Shown: positions 55,038 through 64,000 of the stretch, piece after piece
Numbering within the stretch: position 1 is the stretch's first letter
Layout: each line of letters opens with the position of its first letter
Assembly (NCBI RefSeq): GCF_964204865.1
Contig: NC_135263.1
Coordinates: 12,524,001 to 12,588,000, forward strand
DNA: 64,000 nucleotides
Source of the DNA: Styela clava
Lineage: Eukaryota
Direction: 5' to 3'
Made by a program: the position numbers and the translations under genes
Notes under the pieces: model-generated
The model's input: the letters and a program-made list of their open reading frames with translations, nothing else
Databases searched by the model: none
Told to the model about the DNA's origin: nothing

Positions 55038-58000
55038 GTAAGTTTGATACGTGGTTTTCTGATATCTGTTGCCTAACTTTTCGTGGTTCCAGCTAAGTAA
55101 ATAATTATGGCATTTTCAAGAATACCCGACGATAATTTTACCTACCAATATGTCCCACCAAACGCTTTTTCGGCGGTTTTACCTTTGAATTTGATCGGCC
55201 AATAAAAAAAATCATTTGGTTCACATTTTGTTGATTTCTGTTGCGATGATCTTCCCTATTCTTCAAACTTTATTACAACAGAATGATGTACTTTCACACT
55301 ATCAAAACACAGTAATAATTAGGTCGTGTAATGCCTAAAAATAAATGATATTTCTGGCTTTATCAGCTTATTTTAAATGATCTCTTATTTGGCTCTAAGT
55401 TGTTCAAATGCACGCGGGCCATCTAAAATCTCGAGATGACTTTCTCAGGAAACTCGTATGGAACAGCCTTGTGCGTTTCTGGTTAATTTTCAATATGATT
55501 CATTCATTCTACGGTGTACGAATTAATTGTAAGCCAGATACAACGAGCAATATATTCCCTTTCCGCTGTTTGTATTGAGTAATGTGCAAGATATCCTATG
55601 ACTCTTCTCCCCCAATGTATAAATCTTTCTGTCTTAATGGATTAGATAAGGAAGAACAGCAAATAATAGTATACAAAAATGGGTCATTTTTTATCTTTAT
55701 TTGGTTAAATAGTACCTCTTTTTAATGCTTATATGGAAGTCACTTTGTTATTTCGTCTCTTTACAAATTCGTGTTGTATCGGCCATCAGGTGGGGGGTGT
55801 TCACGTTACATTAGGAGATTTCACTTAATATTGAAAAAGAATTGTAGATGTACTCTATTCGACTGTACCCCAATCCCGAAACCTTACCTAACTCGAATGT
55901 TCATTTGAATGCCGAATTTACACAAAAGGCTGCGATTTCCACCATTGGCTATATAAATAGGTTGGATTCTATTATCAGATTTTAAACGATGGTGCAACTA
56001 AAAACTTTTTGGCCTAATTCAAACTCATAACCAGGCCTACCAACAACTTGCAACACGCATTATTTGGTATTTGTCCTTGTCTATAGCAAGGTTTATTTAT
56101 TTTGCTATCTTATGAAGCAAGTTCGCCGATCATAACTTTAAATTTGAAATTCTAAAAATTTTTTTTTGAGTTTACTCTGTATTTAGAATAATGATTTTGT
56201 AAATAATAAATAACAAAACCGCTAAGTGGGTATTGGAAATTCCTATAATTTTGATCATAAAAAATTCCGACTTGAAAATATATCCCACATAGGAAAAGAC
56301 TCAGCAATGTAAACTATGAGCATTAACTATGCGTATAAAAATTGTCCCGCGATCATTAAATGTTGTTAAGAAAATATTTGAATTGTGGTTATTTGGACAA
56401 AGCAAATATGGTGCTTAGTTCTCAAACCGTCGACCTATCATATACTGTAACAAATTATTCGTTAGTTTCACCTGAATTTTGAGGAGACTTGTCCTACTTT
56501 GCCATATGATAAACGATTGTTAAGTTGCTTTGCTGCATAACGTGTTAATATTACGACTAGATCTAAACTTATAACTGTAACCATATTGAGTTGGTAAAAC
56601 TGAGTGAGCAATGGTTTTGAAATGTATGTCTACGTAACCATCTACGTAAATTGATTTATTTTATAATAGTTTGTAATAGTAGGAAAATTACAATTATGAC
56701 AGGTTTAATATGACAAATTTGTATGATTTGTTTCAAATTTTGCTTCGAACAATTCTCTAGACAAGTCGCAATTATACATACACGTTTCATATACATTGAT
56801 ATCTTTTCGAATTCAGATGGTGATTTGTCGGCCAGTAGATTTCAAATAAGGATAGATATTTGTTTCACTTGAGTGTAAATAGTTTAACACCGGGCATTCT
56901 GATCTAACCAAATTTTTAGTTACCAGAAGCTCTTATGGTTTATCGATGTGATGTTTGAAATTCCAATGAATAATTTCATTTATAAAAAAAATACAAATAT
57001 GGGGCAAAATTTTAGGACTGACGGGTTGCAAGATTGCCCTTATCCCCGCTTCTAATATAAACAGTCTCGTATATGCGTGGGCGCCATTTTGTATTTTATT
57101 TATATACCGTACGAAGCGAAAGCGGTGCGCTAGGTCTAGATGTCCCGCCCTTTCAATTAAACATTTTCTCTCGAACAAACACGACCGCGAATCAATGATG
57201 ACCCCGTGATTGGAATAAACAAATCAAATAAACGTATACAACGTCAACATTTTCACGTAAGGGATTGGTCCTTTATTGAACATTGTACGCAACGTAACCA
57301 GTACATAAAATAATATACTTAATATTTTCAAGTTTTCACGTGACGTTGTATAATAATATGAAATATATGAGGTATTATTTTTGTTATATTTGTTCTGTTT
57401 TGACCACGAAACATATTTAATTTGGTCCGGATTAATCATGTCGCGTTTTTGCCCATATCGAAGTTACTTTCTCATTTTGACTGTGTAATTATAACCTTGA
57501 AACGCGCAATTTTCTAGTTTGTTTTCGAGGGTTTAATTGCGATGTCATTGTACGACTATTTCGGTTGCACAATATAAAAAAAGACTCCAACAAATTACCA
57601 AAATATCACTGTAAGTTGGTACATAAAACAAGAACAGAACTTTTGATTTAGTATCAATTATTCAATCTGTTCTCATTTTACTTTTTATTTAAGAGGAATA
57701 CACGGAAAAATTATAAATTTTATCCAAAAGCCCCAAAAAATACTAACAAATTGTCCATTTTATTTACTAACCTTACTTGATTTGTTAAATCACTCCTATA
57801 AAGTTATAAATGTGTGGTATCAACCACAAATAATTGCTTGTCAGTTTAGATTGAACACTTAGACAGAATGAAGTAAATATGTACTTTTCTCAATTTAGGC
57901 CTGATTGACAACATAAAATTATTAATTTTGTTTGTTGTATGCAAATTTATAACGGTTTTGCATACGCAATTATAAACCCGTTTCTGCCTATTTATATGTG

Positions 58001-61000
58001 AACTTAGTATTTGTCAGACCACATTAAACTATATAAAGTATACGTAATCACTCCCATGACTTCGGAAAAAGTTAGGATTTGGGATTACTCTACTGAAAGC
58101 CATACTTTTCCACGAGCAATCACATACCTTATTTAGTAAAATCCACTCACAAATACGTCAATTTAACATGTTTTGTTGATTTCAGCTTATCGGTATGACG
58201 TTTTAATATCAAGAATACAAAAAATAATTGATTTATTTTTACTTAGATATTCGAATGTGAGTGTATATTATTGAAATAAGACATTTTATAGATATAAATA
58301 ACAATCAAAAAATAAGAAAGTCCAACACCTAAATACATTCATATAAAAGACGAGTAACGTGAAAAATTGTTGTAGTTTTCAGTTCTCAGTTTTATCATGT
58401 AATTTTACTTTATTAAACTAAACTTGCAGCTGCGCCCTTCGTCCAAAATTATTTACTTTTCGACAATTTTAAGAAGGCTCAAGTAAAGTAGTACTTAAAG
58501 AACATCAGGACATTTCAATTGCGACCTTCGAAAACACCCAAATTTTAATCCTTTAATTGAGAATTGCTTATTTTTGTTCACAAAAAAATCCTGATATTTC
58601 AGATTTATTTTAATGAAATGTTCGTTTTCCCAGAATCGACTACGCTAGTACTAAACCTCAACGATGTCCTACATTTGGCCGAGTTAAAATAGATAAATGA
58701 TTCGCTGAGTAAGATGTGACTAATACAGTTTTCGTCCAAAATAAATCTCAAGGTCCGAATATGATGATGACAATTAAAAAATTCCTGTCGTACGCATTCC
58801 AGGAATCTATGAAGCGCCATGACCTTACATGTTGTTTACGGGTTTTAGATTTTCTTTGTTTTTGCGATAACATTGTTTTCGACTGTTTTGTTGCGCCTGT
58901 CTTTAGGATTCATTTGAATAAAAATATAATACCACACAAAATCCTTGTTTAAGTTGCCCCGGGCAGGAGCTATCTTGATACAATTGAATTTCTAGCTTAG
59001 CTCATCGCTTATTTGTCAATTAATCATCAAAAAATATTTTCTGGCATTTTGACCCCCAAATTTCAATTTTTATTGTGGTATTTTATCAAGTCCCATAAAA
59101 ATCGATCGCTCGTTGTATATATACGGTGTTTTTATAGTTTCACAGATTTATATTTTGAACTTCTTTCTTACTTATTCATTACAAACCCTGTAGGTTTCCA
59201 GGGCCCTATTCAGAGTAAAAGCTTAAAACTCCGTAAGAAACCAAAATATTCATATGGGTTTTTACGAGATGTCATACATAAGAGGCCTCCTGCGCTTAGG
59301 TGCTTACTCAGAGCTTTGCTCAGAAATAAAACCATATGGAACAGAATTATTAAATTTGCAGCATCTCGAACAGTTATTGCACAATGTTACAATGTGTTGC
59401 TGCTTACAAGTATATGACAGAAAAAGCATTCAATCTTTATAATATTCTAGACTAGATCTAGATAGGGACTTGTGATGCTTATCGCAATTTGAACGCTTAA
59501 ATCAAAATTAAATACGAAAATCGGATGATACGGTTTCAAATCCCTTATTTTGAGATACACGTCAAAATAATAATAATTCGATTTATTAAATTTTGTTATT
59601 CGTGGCTTCTTATCTCTCTAACGCGTCGTTAAACATGGATACCCAATATTCTTTAACACTGAACATTTAGTATATTTGATAAAAGAATAGTCAACAATAT
59701 CATTCCTTCTTTGCAGTGCGTCTACCCATCTAGCGCTCAAATGTTATCGATATCAACGAAATATTGACCTTCAAACTACGGAATGTGCTTTTGTTTAGTC
59801 TTAAATATGACGCAAAGATTGCACTGCCTGATAGTATAATTAAAATCATTTACAGCTTCCACGTCGATTGTGCTGTCATATTTCAGTGGCGATATCCGTT
59901 GATTTATTTATGGTAACCAAAGTTGCTCTTTCGAATGAAATATCTCGACAAATATGAGAAGTATTTGTACAATACGTTGCATGGAACTGCTTGCCCTTCG
60001 AAATAATTTTATCGTTTCTGATATTTTACCGAAAAATGAGTTGTTATGCTGCTGAAATGCTGGTGTTAGAATTCTTAAGGAATTTGGATCAGAAATTGGT
60101 AATCGTTCAAATGTTACCACAAAATGTTTCGCAACTCCACTGCGGGCATACGTACAGGCAAGGCAGAGTGCCGCAAGTTTTTGTTGCGAGGAACTCGGAA
60201 ACGTGCTGGCAGCGAAGATGTGACGTCATTATAGAACTGCGTTGTGCCACTTAGCAATATATTCTCAAATTCAACTTGCAATGTACATTTTTTGTGAATG
60301 TAATCACTTTTTTTTAGAATCGTCCTTTTTGATACGCGTGTGATTTTAAAAATTTCGTGATGTTTCCACTGCGAAATGATTTCTCATATTCCTTACTGAT
60401 TTCCCATTCCATCAACGTTCAAAGTAGCCTTCGGCGGCAAAACATTTATTTCCCATAATATGCAATCTGGGTGTCAAATTTTACCATAATTTTGGTAGCT
60501 TAATGTCGCACATTTTAGCTACTGGCACGATTGATGCGCCCTTATGCCGGTAACATCGCCTTTTAATGGGTTATGAGCGAAATAGCGAGCATGATCCATG
60601 ATTTAGGAATTACGTCTTAGACGTAATTTCATATTGGGGTATCAAAAATCTTCATATAATATAACACATTTTGCTTATTTGGCGAGCAATTGATATATAC
60701 ACATCCGATAGGGCCTCGATTTAATTTCCAAATCTGATATACGATTATCGTATTTCATAAATGCATTTTTTGAAGTCGGTAAGAAATGGGGTTTCTACTA
60801 ATATTGAACGCATTATCATTTTTTATATTACGATTAAAAGCCATCATCGTTTAGCGTTGTTGGTAATTTAATAACATCAATTACATGGGTTTCTGTACGG
60901 CGCCGTTGAGCAGACGTACGGTCGACAATTTTTTACTTGCATGTACCACGCAGCACTATAATCGCGTAATCGCGGTCATTTCATTCACTTGATTTATTTG

Positions 61001-61799
61001 AAAATAAGTTCCAAACAGTTAGCCTCACGAAAACGCTGTTTCCACGTTTTCACTTTGTTTTCCCGTTGCGAATAAGAAATTGGAACGTTTGAACCATCTC
61101 CAGGGGTTAAACGTAATCAAATCAATCGGATATTTGTTGATCATTGATATTTCAATGTGAAGCAATAACAGTGGTATGTGGTTATTTTAATTAAGAAAAC
61201 GATATTAATTTCAAGAATTCAAACCAAGCCATAGCCTGAAAATTCGACTGGTAACTTTGTAAATACCATCTCGTCTGCACTGTAACATTATCGCCTACAG
61301 TGTGCATGGGCTAAAAATTCAAATGAGAATATAGGATACAATAGCTCGTTATAGTTCATTCTTCTACTTTATCCTCTTTCAATGTTCTAGAATAGAGATT
61401 ATATTAATCAAATTATTTTCACTTTTAATGATAGTAGAATATTCAAATGACGGATGTAACCTCTTTGTTTCTGGGTGAAATTATTTAAATTTGTACGCTG
61501 ATTTAAAAGGAATTTATTTGTTATTAGCTTCGATATATTTTATTTGACGGATACAAAGGCACTTTTGGCCAACCCCCAATACCAAAGAAGTAAGTTTGAA
61601 AGGACAAATTCGGCCAAGTATTCGAATGATAATGCTTTCTGTCATTGTTAAACATGAATGCAATACATCATGTCGATTCCTCTGATTTTCGCAGTGTTAT
61701 TTTCATTAAAGATCCACTATCAAACTGTGGAGTGTCGTCTTAAGGCCGGGTAACATTTAAGTGACAGCCCCACAAATAAAGGAAGTGTTTTAAAAAGCT

Positions 61800-64000
61800 T
61801 TTCTTTCTTGGAGCAACAACGTTGTGGTTTGCGGTTAGTTTTTTATATGCAAAATTTCAAACGGAACGTGCATTGTATGAGATAATCCTTTTCAACTTGT
61901 CTATGAAAGATCTTTTCCGTAGATTAAAACAATTTGATTTGATATCATACATCCTTTTTAAAATAATATATTCAAATTTCAAATATGGCTTTTGCAGACA
62001 ATGTCGTCTTTGTGAATAAAACAGGGAAATGATTATGATTGGATACATTATCCAAGTATCCGGCTACACAATACTATCGGAAATTCTGTCCCAATAAGAA
62101 AATAATTCTCAATTTACGTGCAATCGAGTATGGTTCATTGATGGAACTCACCATCTGCTAAAGGTTTAATAGTTTTGAGCTTTAGAGTTGTAGGTATACA
62201 GTGCTTTGATTTTGATCAAATCCGAAGAATACCTCATTCAAAAAACATAATTTTTTCAGTAAGAGAGGTTTAAAGAATTTAGTTTGAAAATTTATTTAAA
62301 ACGGAAAATTCAAAAAGAGCACGTTCGGTTTATTCTAAACCTATAATATATCTACATGTATGTACAATGGTGCTGATGCCCAAGAAAGCGATTCAAAATA
62401 TCTAAAAATTGACATGCGGGAATTCCAAAATGCTTGAATACTCGAATTTTAACATCCCCAATTGACTCTAAATTTGTATATTTACACATTGACTTTAGAC
62501 TCCTAAGTTCTCAGAAAAATAAGCTGATAGACCGTGTGAACAAAGAAATCTCGATGCTACGAGCAATTTTGCGAAATATTAACCTGACATTGGATGAAAC
62601 AATTTTATCCATCTCGATTCAAAAAAAGAAACGCTTAGGTTTCATTGATAAAGGGCTGAGTACTGATAATAAATATCATTATCAACATGAAATTGCTGTA
62701 TTACTTGGAAAAATATTATATCAATTCTTTCATATAGAAATTGAGATCCTGTTTTTTCAAAATACTTCAACTATGAATGAGCTCATGCTCATAAATTTCG
62801 CAGAAATCAATTCAGGTTTTAAAAAGGGAATCAACGGTCTTGTGTATTATATTGTCTTTGCTGTTTTTATGGCCGAGCTAGTATACTCCTCTCGATCTGC
62901 ATGTGATTTAAAGTCATTTTTTGAGGAGTGTCTAGACGTTTTCGCCCTCATTGCACCTGTTAGGCTCTTCTTGGAAGCCAAAGCTAATAACTCTGTGGGG
63001 AAAGTTTCCAAAGTCAGATGTTGTTTTATACATCGTCAGTTTCTTATCTTTGACCTAAATGTTATCCCTTTTCCGTTACATACTTTCATCATTCTCCCAT
63101 TTTGTTAACTTTTTAAGTGTTACATTAGATTTTTTGGTCTCGTAGAAGGTGGTTTTGGTGCCCAAAACTGATATTGTCCTGTCATTTTAGATATTGAAAA
63201 TAAAAAATAACTGCTACAAATAAAATTAAATTTCTAGAATTAACAAAGTAAATTCACTCTACAGAGTAGACATGAGAGATGGGAAAATCGAATGATAGTG
63301 TTGCTAGAAAAATTGGACAGATTTGACGTTGCGAATATTTATATGTATTCAAATAAATTTTAAATATGGCCACAATGGAGAATCAGCCTGAAAATGTCCC
63401 TGCACTCCCTGCTATATGGTATAATAATATTCGAGGGATATAAAACAATAAAGAGATAGGTTAATTTCCTTCAAATGTCTCAACAACTTTTGCATGAGTC
63501 GCATAGCTAAATGGCCACCCACCCACATCCATAAGAAGCTCTACAATGAAAATATTTTAATTAAACCTTGCGATTATTATTTCTTCCTCTTGATAAATCC
63601 CCACACACTTTATCACCTGGCATCTGTTAGTTCATCATGCATTGTAATACAATTGGTAAATCTACCTAGTATCGTTGACGGTTTAAAAACAGGATCCAGC
63701 AGTATAGTAGTTTCAAACATACCAGCTTCAAAAGTTGAAAATACGAGTTTCCTGTTATCTTCATTCAATTTATAGCGGAAATTCTGCGAATATATAAGAT
63801 TGACTTATCTGAATATTTCTTTTTGATTAATAAAGTACATTCAGTATATAGTAAAGAAAAAATACATAATAATATAATATCACAGAAAAGTGTGGAAATG
63901 GGTTTGCTCGTTCCATAATTCACATTCACTTCCATAATACCATGGCATGACAAATCGGCATGAAGCCTTTCTTGTTCGACATTGTTCACCCATTTTATGG
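61800..64000 (-). pseudogene. Possible decayed multi-exon gene of unknown family
   Basis: Exon-like minus-strand blocks with acceptors (NFRYKLNEDNRKLVFSTFEAGMFETTILLDPVFKP…, ELLMDVGGWPFSYATHAKVVETFE), plus a protein-like but stop-riddled frame at about 62400-63120. Confidence 0.25.

Noticed and set aside
57060-57110. Conserved enhancer in the presumed zinc-finger gene intron
   Set aside because: The TGGGCGCCAT core recurs at about 41055, suggesting a dispersed repeat. Conservation cannot be judged from one sequence.
62434-63108. 224-aa plus-strand ORF
   Set aside because: It has a TTG start and no recognisable motif or zinc fingers, and its composition reads like antisense or AT-rich sequence. 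Not called as a gene.

Overview
This is AT-rich eukaryotic animal DNA with compact GT-AG introns. The gene set and repeat style suggest an invertebrate, possibly an ascidian, but that is inference only. All gene models were spliced by hand. Left to right: (1) an intronless GALT (450-1505, +); (2) a two-exon double-hotdog acyl-ACP-thioesterase-like gene with a degenerate active-site motif (3174-4730, +); (3) an 11-exon ammonium transporter (12748-7205, -); (4) a field of hAT and Merlin-like non-autonomous transposons with readable 8-bp TSDs; (5) a roughly 16-exon, about 1,320-aa TKL-type pseudokinase (HRD replaced by HLN, one GC-AG intron; 43263-27812, -); (6) a SINE split by a Tip100-type hAT relic; (7) a tandem pair, one pseudogene and one intact spliced gene, encoding a small two-TM protein that resembles the SLATT effector domain (47959-48985 and 52925-54037, +); (8) a short first exon with a variant NuRD-binding motif (MPRHKQQRPRHI, 54977-55037), probably the start of a Spalt/Teashirt/Bcl11-like gene. 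The best novelty candidate is the intron-containing SLATT-like locus. Family calls for the SLATT-like, thioesterase-like and NuRD-motif genes come from motif recognition and need profile searches.
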